In this document: piece by piece, positions 19,949 through 28,771 of the stretch | How the letters are laid out: every line of letters starts with the position of its first letter | Numbering within the stretch: the first letter of the stretch is position 1 | DNA from: a virus | Direction: 5' to 3' (one strand) | Length of the DNA stretch: 64,000 nucleotides | Virus record (IMG/VR): IMGVR_UViG_3300006919_000001 | Location: 1 to 64,000 of that record | Made by a program: the position numbers and the translations under genes | Notes under the pieces: model-generated | Seen by the model: only the letters and a program-made list of their open reading frames with translations | Told to the model about the DNA's origin: nothing | Databases searched by the model: none

Positions 19949-20224
19949 TTAATTGACCAGCTTTTCGGCTTTCTCAATTATTCTTTCTGATATTTCACTA
20001 TACCTATCTAAATATTCTCCAAGTGTCATTGTGGCCTGCATATTAAAGGTTACCTCATGAGCTATGATTTCTAATGCTCGCTTGAATGTAACTCCATATG
20101 CTTCCGAATGCTCACTCTCCTTTCCAATATTTTTCCCGGTCTTGGCTGTCATCATTTGATATACATCAAACTTGTTTATGCCCTCACTTTTTTTAATCCT
20201 AAAATTTTCAATTTCAATTATCAT
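19949..20224 (-). CDS. hypothetical protein
   Basis: 91 aa ORF. Confidence 0.65.
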   Translation of the reverse strand: MIIEIENFRIKKSEGINKFDVYQMMTAKTGKNIGKESEHSEAYGVTFKRALEIIAHEVTFNMQATMTLGEYLDRYSEISERIIEKAEKLVN

Positions 20225-20233
20225 AATTTAGTT

Positions 20234-20368
20234 TTAAATGTTTGTATTCCTTCTATTTTCTCTCACCTTTTGTCCAAAAGTATTTCCTAGTCCTCTGAGT
20301 TTTTTAACTCTACTATTTACGCCAGCGCGGCTCTCGTTTAATTGTGAACTTCCATTTGATGGTTTCAT
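20234..20368 (-). CDS. small basic hypothetical protein (44 aa, MKPSNGSS...)
   Basis: fills the gap exactly; ATG 1 nt after upstream stop; below ORF-track cutoff. Confidence 0.45.
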   Translation of the reverse strand: MKPSNGSSQLNESRAGVNSRVKKLRGLGNTFGQKVRENRRNTNI

Positions 20369-20369
20369 A

Positions 20370-20903
20370 TTATTTCTTTATTAGTATTCCGTTAATCTTA
20401 CCTTCAACCATCCCTGCAATATATTCATCAGGGGTAGTTCCATTCACAAGTCCATTTAATTTTCTAGACTTATCTTGACATGCCCAATATAAAACATCCA
20501 GTGCATTAAAATTCTTTTCTGCAAGTATAAATGCCCGCTTTAATTTTATCCAAGCCTCATCTGTTTCAAAGCAAGTCTCCAATGCCTTCTCTGTTAATTT
20601 AACTTCTACATCTTCATTCCCTACCCTAAGGTTATACTTGCCAACATTTTTTGAAGCTTGTCTTCTTAGTTCGGACTTAAAAGTACCCTCATAAAGTTTA
20701 TACTCTAATTTAGCTTCAGCCATCCTAGCCTCCACCTCAGATTTTAATAATCCAATTCTTGCAACGGCAGTTGATATCGTGGTATGTTCTCCAAAAATAT
20801 TCGAAGAATCAATTCTAGTTAAGTCATCAATGTTGATATTGCTATCTAAATTATCATGCTCTAAAACTATTGCAGTGTCTCCAATGTGTATTGTGTATTT
20901 CAT
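20370..20903 (-). CDS. helical protein, possibly UvsY-like recombination mediator
   Basis: coiled-coil helical pattern, near SSB/RecA; weak. Confidence 0.35.
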   Translation of the reverse strand: MKYTIHIGDTAIVLEHDNLDSNINIDDLTRIDSSNIFGEHTTISTAVARIGLLKSEVEARMAEAKLEYKLYEGTFKSELRRQASKNVGKYNLRVGNEDVEVKLTEKALETCFETDEAWIKLKRAFILAEKNFNALDVLYWACQDKSRKLNGLVNGTTPDEYIAGMVEGKINGILIKK

Positions 20904-21436
20904 TTTAAATATATTTTTCTAAGTTCTCTTATTGCTATTCTTTTTCTACTCTTTATTGTTCCCAATGGAACTCCTAATACCACACTTGCCTCAAGTTCGC
21001 TTAGCCCCCGAAAGTATAGTGCATTCAAAACACTTTGATATGGTAATCTTAATGACCTTATGTGGTGGTGTATAAAAGTTTTATCCAACTCTTTTTCCAC
21101 TGGTGCTTCTAGGTGAAAATTATAATCCTGATTGTCTATAGAATCTTCTCTGAAATTCCTCAGATTAAAAGACCTTTGAATATCAATGGTTTTATTCTTT
21201 ACTATTTTTAACATCCAAGTATATAACCTTCCAGCCTTTGGATTATATTTATCTCTATTCTCCCAAATCTTAATAAATGATTCCTGCATAGCATCGGAGG
21301 ATAGTGTGTGGTCTTTTAGAATACCATAGGCTGTCTTATAAAGCTGATTATAATAATTCTTGTATAATATACTCATTGCCTTTTCAGGCTCGTTAGAGAG
21401 CTTTAAAGCGAGGGACTCTTCCATGTCTACTTTCAT
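20900..21436 (-). CDS. ECF-type RNA polymerase sigma factor
   Basis: DAMQESFIKIW and LYTWMLKIVKNKTID (region 2); EASVVLGVPLGTIKSR (region 4). Confidence 0.9.
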   Translation of the reverse strand: MKVDMEESLALKLSNEPEKAMSILYKNYYNQLYKTAYGILKDHTLSSDAMQESFIKIWENRDKYNPKAGRLYTWMLKIVKNKTIDIQRSFNLRNFREDSIDNQDYNFHLEAPVEKELDKTFIHHHIRSLRLPYQSVLNALYFRGLSELEASVVLGVPLGTIKSRKRIAIRELRKIYLK

Positions 21437-21560
21437 AATTTTTTATCTTTTTTTTTCTTCTTATAATACCAAATAGATATTGCAATCCCTTCAGATATTA
21501 ATCCAATTAGTATTCCGAAGAATACCATTCCAAAACAGTTTTCCATTTTATTATTTTTAG

Positions 21561-21649
21561 TTTCAAGGAGAGGGTTCGAACCTCCAAGAATATTTATAAT
21601 ATATCCGAACCCTTTAGAGCTCTACCTTTACCAGTTTGGCTACCTTGAT
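21561..21649 (-). tRNA. degenerate type II (Leu-like) tRNA with 6-nt anticodon loop
   Basis: ATCAAGG/CCTTGAA acceptor, GCC-AAACTGGTAAA-GGT D arm, GAGCT-CTAAAG-GGTTC, long variable arm, GGAGG-TTCGAAC-CCTCT T arm. Confidence 0.65.
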
Positions 21650-21684
21650 TCCTTTTTCGATTTGGGGCAAAAAAGGGTTTGTTA

Positions 21685-21882
21685 TTAAATCCAATTCTGT
21701 TTTACAAAATACTTGTATGCAGTTTTAAGAGAACGAAAATAATTAACGCCATCCCATTTATTCATAGTAAAAAACATACCATCGTTTGGGTCTCCCTTTT
21801 CTTTTACTTCACTAATACATAATCCTTTTGATTCAAATATTTTTACTATCTCTTCGTTTGTGATATCTACTAATGTTGTCAT
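21685..21882 (-). CDS. hypothetical protein
   Basis: 65 aa ORF behind promoter 21919-21950. Confidence 0.6.
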   Translation of the reverse strand: MTTLVDITNEEIVKIFESKGLCISEVKEKGDPNDGMFFTMNKWDGVNYFRSLKTAYKYFVKQNWI

Positions 21883-21918
21883 GATATTTGATTTTAATTG
21901 TTGTTATAATTTCTTACG

Positions 21919-22003
21919 TAAAGATAATATTAATTTCCTTACAAACCTACACCTTTCTTAAAAAACTTTTAAAAATAAAAAGGGACATAAATTAATATGT
22001 CCC
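21919..22003 (-). promoter_or_regulatory. dnaE terminator plus promoter GTAGG-N19-TATCTTTA
   Basis: hairpin GGGACATA...TATGTCCC; near-identical flank to 16551-16604. Confidence 0.7.
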
Positions 22004-22011
22004 ACTTTCTA

Positions 22012-24033
22012 TTATAAAACAATTAAACTACTCGAGTCTTTTAATGTAAATTGGTTGGCCTTTGACCACTTCCCATCATACTTTAATTCTCCATCGAATA
22101 ATACTAACCTTTTTTCACTGCCCTTTAATTGGTCTGAGAATTTTTCGAATTCATTTGACCAAACTAGAATTTTACAAAGCTTATAATTATGCTCTATGGT
22201 TAACCTAGCATATTGTCCATTCTTACTTCTAGCAACCCTGCACTCAACTACGTATCCACCGAATGCTCTGAATATTCCCTTCTCTTGTCTTTTTGTAAAA
22301 TCGGACATAGAACAAAATTGAGATTCAATACCTTTCTCTATTGCAATTTTCTCATAACCAATATGAGCCAAACCTGTTAACTTCTTTTGTTGAAGGTTCC
22401 ACCACCAACGCTCCCCTAGTTCCCCTATCGTATAGATGTCTCTAGCTGGATTCGATGGCTTTTTCTTAGCATGTATTCTATACCTCTTTATTAGAGAATG
22501 TCTTTTTTGCTCTTGTCCTGAGAATCCATATAGTATATCAAATGCTCCAGATGTTATCAATGCTTCAAATGTTGTTTTCTTCACCTTTGAACCTTTGAAG
22601 TTATGCCTTGAATAAAAATCAGCAAAAGATAAATAGAAACCATTGGCTTCTCTTTCATTGATAACTTGAAAAGCTGTATCCTCTCCAATTCCCTTAACAG
22701 AACCTAAGCCCCAGTAAATTGTTGAAGTCTCTTGGTTGGATATCATATTGATTCCCGACTTATTTATATCCGGCGACTTTATCTCTATCTGTTTTGATTG
22801 TAATATCTCAGACAGGTATGATAAGGTATCCGCCTCATTGGCATAATCCAAAGCCACTGTCCAATACTCTATGGGATAGTGTACTTTTAGGTATTGGCTT
22901 ACATATCCGGTTAATGCATATGCCGCGGAGTGACTCTTGTTAAAAGAATACTTTGCAAACTCTGCAATTGCCGCCCATATCTCTTGGAACTCTTTATCGG
23001 TAGCTCCTCTTTCTATGAAACCCTTTTTAACTATACCCTCCCATTGCTGGAGTACATCTAGTTTTTTCTTTCCAAGTGCCCTTCTTACATCATCAGCCTC
23101 TTTCATTGATAGACCACCTAGGTCCTGAAAGATTTGCATAATTTGCTCTTGATAAATTAACAGCCCATATGTGTCCTTGGTTATATGCTCCGTTCCCCAA
23201 AGGTATTTCGGAGACCTATTTCCATTCTTACACTTAACGTATATTTCATGGAAATGATTCTCCATAGGCCCCGGTCTATATAGCGCAACCGCAGCAATTA
23301 AATCATCTATTACCTGTGGCTTTAACGATTTAGTGTATGACGTTAATCCAGCTGAACCCATTTGGAATACATCTCCATTCCAACCGTTACTAAAATACCT
23401 ATATACTTCCCTATCCTGTGGAAGGTTATATATATTCGGAACCACCTTTCCACTCTTTTCTATTAGCTTTAATATATCGGCGAATTTATCCAACTGCCTA
23501 ATCCCCAATATATCCTCTTTTAAGAATCCGGCATCATCCAAGTCTTCTCCACCCCACTCGCTTACCAACAAGCCTTGCTGTCTCCTCATCGGAACCCATT
23601 CTTTGGCCGTTAATACATCCGGGAATACAACCATAGCGCAAGGGTGTATTGACTCCGTTTTTGGCTGGTCTAATAAGGAAGGCAGCATATGAAATATCTC
23701 AGAATTCTGTTTAATGAAGTTCTTGAGCTTAGGCTCCAGTGTTGCCCTCTTAATTAAATCAAGCATTGACGAATCCCCCTGACTTATAATTGCAGTCATT
23801 AGATTGGCCTCACTAAAATCAACCGATGATATTCTAGCCAAATCTTTTACCAATCCTTTTACCCTAAAAGTTGTAAAAGTACCAATTGAGCAAACCTGAG
23901 TTTCTCCAAACCGCTCTTCAATATAAGACTTAATTGCCGCTCTGTCTCTACCACATAAATCTTGGTCAATATCTGGTAAGGTACCTCCGACTAATTTAGG
24001 CTTTAATGATTCTGTTATATTATCTACTTTCAT
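22012..24033 (-). CDS. dnaE: DNA polymerase III alpha, C-terminal fragment (palm, fingers, HhH, OB)
   Basis: LPDIDQD, SIHPCA, KEDILG, LYRPGP, YQEQIM, YSFNKSHS, GSVKGIG. Confidence 0.92.
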   Translation of the reverse strand: MKVDNITESLKPKLVGGTLPDIDQDLCGRDRAAIKSYIEERFGETQVCSIGTFTTFRVKGLVKDLARISSVDFSEANLMTAIISQGDSSMLDLIKRATLEPKLKNFIKQNSEIFHMLPSLLDQPKTESIHPCAMVVFPDVLTAKEWVPMRRQQGLLVSEWGGEDLDDAGFLKEDILGIRQLDKFADILKLIEKSGKVVPNIYNLPQDREVYRYFSNGWNGDVFQMGSAGLTSYTKSLKPQVIDDLIAAVALYRPGPMENHFHEIYVKCKNGNRSPKYLWGTEHITKDTYGLLIYQEQIMQIFQDLGGLSMKEADDVRRALGKKKLDVLQQWEGIVKKGFIERGATDKEFQEIWAAIAEFAKYSFNKSHSAAYALTGYVSQYLKVHYPIEYWTVALDYANEADTLSYLSEILQSKQIEIKSPDINKSGINMISNQETSTIYWGLGSVKGIGEDTAFQVINEREANGFYLSFADFYSRHNFKGSKVKKTTFEALITSGAFDILYGFSGQEQKRHSLIKRYRIHAKKKPSNPARDIYTIGELGERWWWNLQQKKLTGLAHIGYEKIAIEKGIESQFCSMSDFTKRQEKGIFRAFGGYVVECRVARSKNGQYARLTIEHNYKLCKILVWSNEFEKFSDQLKGSEKRLVLFDGELKYDGKWSKANQFTLKDSSSLIVL

Positions 24034-24035
24034 CT

Positions 24036-25583
24036 CTAGTGTTTTATTATTTCATCTCCGACTACTATTTCATCGCAGTATACATTTATGATATTTCCAT
24101 TTCTTTTAACCTTGGCTAATTGACCTTCGGCTAATCCAATTACATTTCCTTCTTTATCCTCATATTCAAAATAAGGCCTATCTTCAAATGCCCCCATTCT
24201 CCCACTGTTCAAAAACCTTTCAAATAGTAAATCAAATTCCAAAGGGTCTACGTGGATTATGTTCAATAAATAAGCCACCAAAGAGCCTCCAGCAGAACCC
24301 CTTCCAATACCGGTTAACATGCCTTCACTTCTTGCGTGCTTAACTATGTCATGTAATATTAAAAAGTAATCAATAACATCACCCATTTTAAGAACCTCGA
24401 TTTCTTTCTTAACTCTATCAACATATTTCTGCTCTGTAATACCTTTTGATTTAAAACCCTCCGTAATTAAATTGATAAATAAAGCTTCGTTTGTAGCAAA
24501 TGATTTAGCCTCTACTTTTGTCATTTCATACTTTGGTAAATGACGAGTATCAGTATCATATTTAAAATTACAATTTGCAACTAGTTCATCTTCGTTACTA
24601 GTGGCTTGCTTGAATAATTTAACCCAAGTTTTATTACCTCCCTCAAACATTACAATAAGTTCCTTTGCATATTGGTCTCTACTTTTAAAATATTGATTAT
24701 TAGTTTTATCATCAAACGCTTTTGCCACAGTCCACAAAGATTCTCTGGTTACATAATCATCCTGCTCTAGATAATATGCATCTGAAATACTTATAGGAGA
24801 TAAGTCTGATTTTAGATAGCTCTCCAAGTTATCAATATATGCCGAATCTATGTCCTCGTTTAAAAACACAACAGTGTCCAGTTGGTAGAAATCAATAGCA
24901 TGCGAAAATTTAACTGTTTCCGCGTATCTAAGGGACTTTGGGTCTACCACCAAGTATAATCCATCTAAATTATTTAAAAGCTCCTCTAAAGCTATCTTTC
25001 CGACTTTGTCAATATTCAACATTGAATTGAATTTAAGTAGACTTTGCCATCCTTGAAAATCTTTGGCATAGACCTTAACTTCGAAATCACTTTCTCCAGC
25101 AATTGGAAGTGTTTCTCCTATGATGGATTTGATACCATTTCTTTCACATAAGTTTTGAAATACTAGTACTCCACTTAATGTAGATTTCTCACAAATTCCC
25201 AAAGCCTTAGTTCCTAAAAACTTTGCCTTCTTAATCCAATCTGAATAAAGACCCATTCCATTCATTAATTCATAACCAGAATGTATTCCTAAAAAGCTTG
25301 GAGTTGGTAATTGCATTTCCGGCTCTCCATAATACACCAATTCTTTTAGTTGGAGTTCTTCCTCCTCTGAAGATTGCAGATACCATCTACCTCCAAACTC
25401 ATAAACCCAACCATCAACATCATTCACCAATACTGGCAAGAATTCCATGTCATTATTGAATAGCAATATATCACTTTCAACAATTTCAAACTCTGCCTCT
25501 TCTCCTAGTGTTAGGATTCCATCTTCTATCTCAAATTTTAATAATCTGGACTTGCAATATTTCTCTAATTTTTTATCCTGCAT
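24036..25583 (-). CDS. dnaE: DNA polymerase III alpha, N-terminal fragment (PHP domain and start of polymerase core)
   Basis: IHSGYE, SDAYY, DYFLI, GRGSAGGSLVAYLL, FERFLN. Confidence 0.92.
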   Translation of the reverse strand: MQDKKLEKYCKSRLLKFEIEDGILTLGEEAEFEIVESDILLFNNDMEFLPVLVNDVDGWVYEFGGRWYLQSSEEEELQLKELVYYGEPEMQLPTPSFLGIHSGYELMNGMGLYSDWIKKAKFLGTKALGICEKSTLSGVLVFQNLCERNGIKSIIGETLPIAGESDFEVKVYAKDFQGWQSLLKFNSMLNIDKVGKIALEELLNNLDGLYLVVDPKSLRYAETVKFSHAIDFYQLDTVVFLNEDIDSAYIDNLESYLKSDLSPISISDAYYLEQDDYVTRESLWTVAKAFDDKTNNQYFKSRDQYAKELIVMFEGGNKTWVKLFKQATSNEDELVANCNFKYDTDTRHLPKYEMTKVEAKSFATNEALFINLITEGFKSKGITEQKYVDRVKKEIEVLKMGDVIDYFLILHDIVKHARSEGMLTGIGRGSAGGSLVAYLLNIIHVDPLEFDLLFERFLNSGRMGAFEDRPYFEYEDKEGNVIGLAEGQLAKVKRNGNIINVYCDEIVVGDEIIKH

Positions 25584-25586
25584 GTT

Positions 25587-25838
25587 TTATTTTTTTACCC
25601 AAGTCTTATTGTTGACTATATTAGATATTGCGGTTGAACTTTTCTTATATCTATCCGCTATTTTTTTATTCGACATTCCAACCTCATTCGACAATCTTCG
25701 AATCTCTGCTATATCATCCCAATTTAGTTTAGTCTTTTCTATTGGTGGGCTTTTATACTTTGGCTCCGGTTTTTCAACACTAGAGTTCCTAGCCCATCCC
25801 GCACTTCCTACTTTACCATCTTTTCTTATCCAAGTCAT
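25587..25838 (-). CDS. small HTH DNA-binding protein (type found at the C-terminus of HNH endonucleases)
   Basis: KLNWDDIAEIRR...IADRYKKSSTAISNIVNNKTW. Confidence 0.7.
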   Translation of the reverse strand: MTWIRKDGKVGSAGWARNSSVEKPEPKYKSPPIEKTKLNWDDIAEIRRLSNEVGMSNKKIADRYKKSSTAISNIVNNKTWVKK

Positions 25839-25886
25839 AATATATATTTTGTTTGTCTAAAGATAATTTTAATATTTGGTTAAAAC

Positions 25887-25926
25887 TAATAAAACCCCAA
25901 CTATTTTACCAGCTGGGGTTTTATTA
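25887..25926 (-). terminator. intrinsic terminator
   Basis: TAATAAAACCCCA...TGGGGTTTTATTA inverted repeat. Confidence 0.7.
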
Positions 25927-25937
25927 ATCTTATGAAT

Positions 25938-26186
25938 CTAATCTTCCATCATTTCATCATCTTCCTTTTCCTCCTCCATTTGCTCAATAATCTTATCAAT
26001 GTTTAGGTCACTAGATAAGAAACCGTGGCCTTCACTTGTCATAATTTTCAAGTGGTCTAAAAAGTAAGCTTTTACATTTGACCTCATTCTAGTTCCGGCA
26101 ATTGCCTCCTCTATTAATGCATGTGCCAATTCTAAAGCATCTCTCGCCTCTTCAAGTTGTTGGATTTTGTCTGTGTAATTTTTCAT
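25938..26186 (-). CDS. hypothetical protein, acidic C-terminus
   Basis: 82 aa ORF with its own promoter and terminator. Confidence 0.65.
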   Translation of the reverse strand: MKNYTDKIQQLEEARDALELAHALIEEAIAGTRMRSNVKAYFLDHLKIMTSEGHGFLSSDLNIDKIIEQMEEEKEDDEMMED

Positions 26187-26214
26187 AATGTTTGTTTTTA
26201 ATTATTCGTTACTC

Positions 26215-26246
26215 CAAAGATATGGAAACTTATAATACGAACCTAC
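26215..26246 (-). promoter_or_regulatory. phage promoter GTAGG-N19-TATCTTTG
   Basis: exact Bacteroidota -7 box; GTAGGTTCGTA upstream. Confidence 0.8.
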
Positions 26247-26262
26247 AAAAATCTAAAAAACT

Positions 26263-27060
26263 TTAATTTGAATCCAAAACTAATTGAACCGCAAGCTTTA
26301 CTTTGTCCCACGAAACAGTTCCATTCTCATCTGCATACAATGCTGGATCTTGCCTTCCAATTTCTAAAAACGCCTCTACTCTTTCAACCGAAGATGCTGA
26401 TTTATAATCAGAATACCAATGACCTTCGATTAAAATAGGCTTGTAGGATGTAAGCGTTTTAGAATACGCTGTGTCAAAATCAATACCTAACTTTTCACAT
26501 GATACTAAACCTTCTCTTAATATATCAGCTTTCATCATTTCCAAATATGGAGTATAAAAGGAAACCTTATCCGCTCCCCAATTACCCTCCACAAATGCTT
26601 TGAAATCAGCATCTCTAAATTCCTGTCTACAGTCTGGATACACAGCATGGTCTCCGGCATGGATTCCCATTGCAATCTTTACATCGCAACCTCCATTTTC
26701 AGCAGAAACACTTAAAGCCACAGCTTGAATGATGGATGAAAATATTTTATTCCTATTTGGAACCACTGTGGCCTTCATGTTTTCATTCTCATAATGACCC
26801 TCCGGCACATCCTCTCCACCTTCAACTAATGCTGAATTTAATAATGAAGTTAGGGTACTTAGGTCTATTACTTTATGTGTGACCTTGCAGCCTTCATCCG
26901 TTAAATAATTAACTAAAGATTGGGCCTTTAATAATTCTACCCTATGCTTTTGTCCGTAGTCAAAAGAAAGTGCTGTTACTGAATAATCGTTAGCCAATAA
27001 GTTTAATAAAAGGGATGATGAATCCATCCCGCCTGATAATGATAATACCGCTCTTTTCAT
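26263..27060 (-). CDS. queC: 7-cyano-7-deazaguanine (preQ0) synthase
   Basis: SLSGGMDS, FDYGQKH, VVPNRN, YPDCRQEF. Confidence 0.95.
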   Translation of the reverse strand: MKRAVLSLSGGMDSSSLLLNLLANDYSVTALSFDYGQKHRVELLKAQSLVNYLTDEGCKVTHKVIDLSTLTSLLNSALVEGGEDVPEGHYENENMKATVVPNRNKIFSSIIQAVALSVSAENGGCDVKIAMGIHAGDHAVYPDCRQEFRDADFKAFVEGNWGADKVSFYTPYLEMMKADILREGLVSCEKLGIDFDTAYSKTLTSYKPILIEGHWYSDYKSASSVERVEAFLEIGRQDPALYADENGTVSWDKVKLAVQLVLDSN

Positions 27061-27061
27061 T

Positions 27062-27574
27062 TTAAATGTTTTTTAATAATGTTTCTAACCTTTCCTCCAC
27101 TGTTCCAGTTAATGTAATTGGAGATAAACCGTGGTAATCTATTCTCTCTAATAATATTTCATCAATTTCTCTTTGAAAACTTTCTCCTTCAAATCGAATT
27201 CCATCGCTAATCAAACCAAATTCAATTGGTATATAAAAGAATTTAACATCGGGGCGTGGAGTACTTGTAAATAAGTTATTCCTTCTTTCAGCCAAATCAT
27301 CCCAACCCAGAGCCTTGCAATATGCATAGTGGTCTAGTGGAGTCCTTGTTGTAAATAGGTTACTTATTCGAGTTTCTAAATCCCATTTATTGTCTGAAAT
27401 TCTATTAATCAATATCTGCTGGTCTCTTGCGGTTAACTTACCTCCAATTTCTTTATCGAAGGCTTTAACTATTCTTGAATCACCATCTTTAACTATGTAA
27501 TTAGAGCCTCTAAGGGCCAAACTATTTAGCAAGGTAGTTTTACCTACACCGTGTGTTCCTATTAATGCTATCAT
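27062..27574 (-). CDS. P-loop nucleotide kinase-like protein
   Basis: GTHGVGKTT, RTPLD, DGIR...QREID, LTGTVEER. Confidence 0.75.
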   Translation of the reverse strand: MIALIGTHGVGKTTLLNSLALRGSNYIVKDGDSRIVKAFDKEIGGKLTARDQQILINRISDNKWDLETRISNLFTTRTPLDHYAYCKALGWDDLAERRNNLFTSTPRPDVKFFYIPIEFGLISDGIRFEGESFQREIDEILLERIDYHGLSPITLTGTVEERLETLLKNI

Positions 27575-28353
27575 ATTAAATTCTTTTTAAATGAGCTTAC
27601 GTTAAAGTCTATTGCTGCCCGTTGAGACTTTGTAGGAATGTGGGACAAAAGGTCAACTAATTTAATTGATTCTTTATAGTCCAGCGCTCCACCCTCATAT
27701 GTGATATTTTTAATACCATGTACAATCGGGTTAGAAGTATCCAAAGAATAAACCCACTTATAATCTTTATAGTGTTTAAATTCTTGAGGTAATGAGCATC
27801 CTAATAAATGGTGTTCTTTTTCCTCATTAATAATACCTTCTTTTAACCAACGGTCAATCAGATTTTGACGACCTTCCATTCTACCTTTATCCGTTTGTTC
27901 GTAGTATGGATAATGGAAACAAATTGCGATTTGGTCACAAGCCCTATCCATGGCCCTGTAGCATGCAGTTAGTTCTTCATAGGTTGAACCCTGAACTACC
28001 CCAATTGCTTTGCCCGGCACGTGGGCATAATACCTAAACCAATCATCTAGTTGTTGGCAAGTTTCCATTCCTTTCCCAAGTACATCTGGTACTACATAAT
28101 GACTTGGTTTTAGTTTCATAATCCAGTATGCAAATTTGCTTGCTTCAAAAGCTTCGCCCAATTCAAATATGGAGTTATCTAAAATTACATCTCTACCCGA
28201 TTCTACCACGTCTTTATAAAATTGATAATACACAGAATTCTCTTCAAATAAATGAACGAGTGCATAATCATAATCATTAAATTCTAAGCTTTCTCCCAAC
28301 ATACAAGTTGGGACCTCGTGTGATACTTTGATTCTATTTATCGCTTGACCCAA
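27571..28353 (-). CDS. divergent tRNA-guanine-transglycosylase-fold protein (second TGT/DpdA-like); start uncertain (TTG)
   Basis: ILDNS, VVPDV, GVVQG, HHLLG, SLDTS correspond to TGT catalytic/substrate motifs. Confidence 0.7.
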   Translation of the reverse strand: MGQAINRIKVSHEVPTCMLGESLEFNDYDYALVHLFEENSVYYQFYKDVVESGRDVILDNSIFELGEAFEASKFAYWIMKLKPSHYVVPDVLGKGMETCQQLDDWFRYYAHVPGKAIGVVQGSTYEELTACYRAMDRACDQIAICFHYPYYEQTDKGRMEGRQNLIDRWLKEGIINEEKEHHLLGCSLPQEFKHYKDYKWVYSLDTSNPIVHGIKNITYEGGALDYKESIKLVDLLSHIPTKSQRAAIDFNVSSFKKNLI

Positions 28354-28771
28354 AACCTTTTTCCCCCCTATCTGCTTTAGTTACTTCATCAATAAATGAA
28401 ACCTCAGATGGTATCATAAAGTATGGAATTATTTGAGCAACTCCTTGCCCTTTTTTTATTACCTGAGTGTCACTTGAAAAGTTATATAATTTAACTCCCA
28501 AGTCTCCGCGGTATCCATTATCAATAATTCCCAAGTGTGGTTGTAATCCTTTCTTGAATCCCAACCCAGACCTTGGTTCTATTCTGAACCAATATCCCGG
28601 AGTTATATATCCCAATTTTAAACCCACCGATACTACTGCCGAACATCCAGCTTCGATTAATACATCCTCTACTGAGAATAGGTCATAACCAGCATCTCCA
28701 GTTGATTTGCAATCATGGTTCTTTTCTGGAAGCATAGCCTCCTCATGTGTTTTTACAAATTTTATTTCCAT
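28334..28771 (-). CDS. dut: trimeric dUTPase
   Basis: AGYDL, RSGLG, GIIDNGYRG, AQI, RGEKGFGSS. Confidence 0.95.
   Translation of the reverse strand: MEIKFVKTHEEAMLPEKNHDCKSTGDAGYDLFSVEDVLIEAGCSAVVSVGLKLGYITPGYWFRIEPRSGLGFKKGLQPHLGIIDNGYRGDLGVKLYNFSSDTQVIKKGQGVAQIIPYFMIPSEVSFIDEVTKADRGEKGFGSSDK

Noticed and set aside
21561-21649. Amber (CTA) suppressor tRNA
   Set aside because: Placing CTA at the centre of a 7-nt loop (CTCTAAA) destroys the anticodon stem pairing
24030-24040. Amber read-through or genetic-code reassignment joining the two dnaE ORFs
   Set aside because: The downstream ORF is in a different frame (2-nt gap), and other genes are full length under the standard code
23983-24197. 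Functional split intein or self-splicing intron in dnaE
   Set aside because: No N-terminal Cys/Ser block A, no TxxH, no terminal His-Asn, and no room for intron structure
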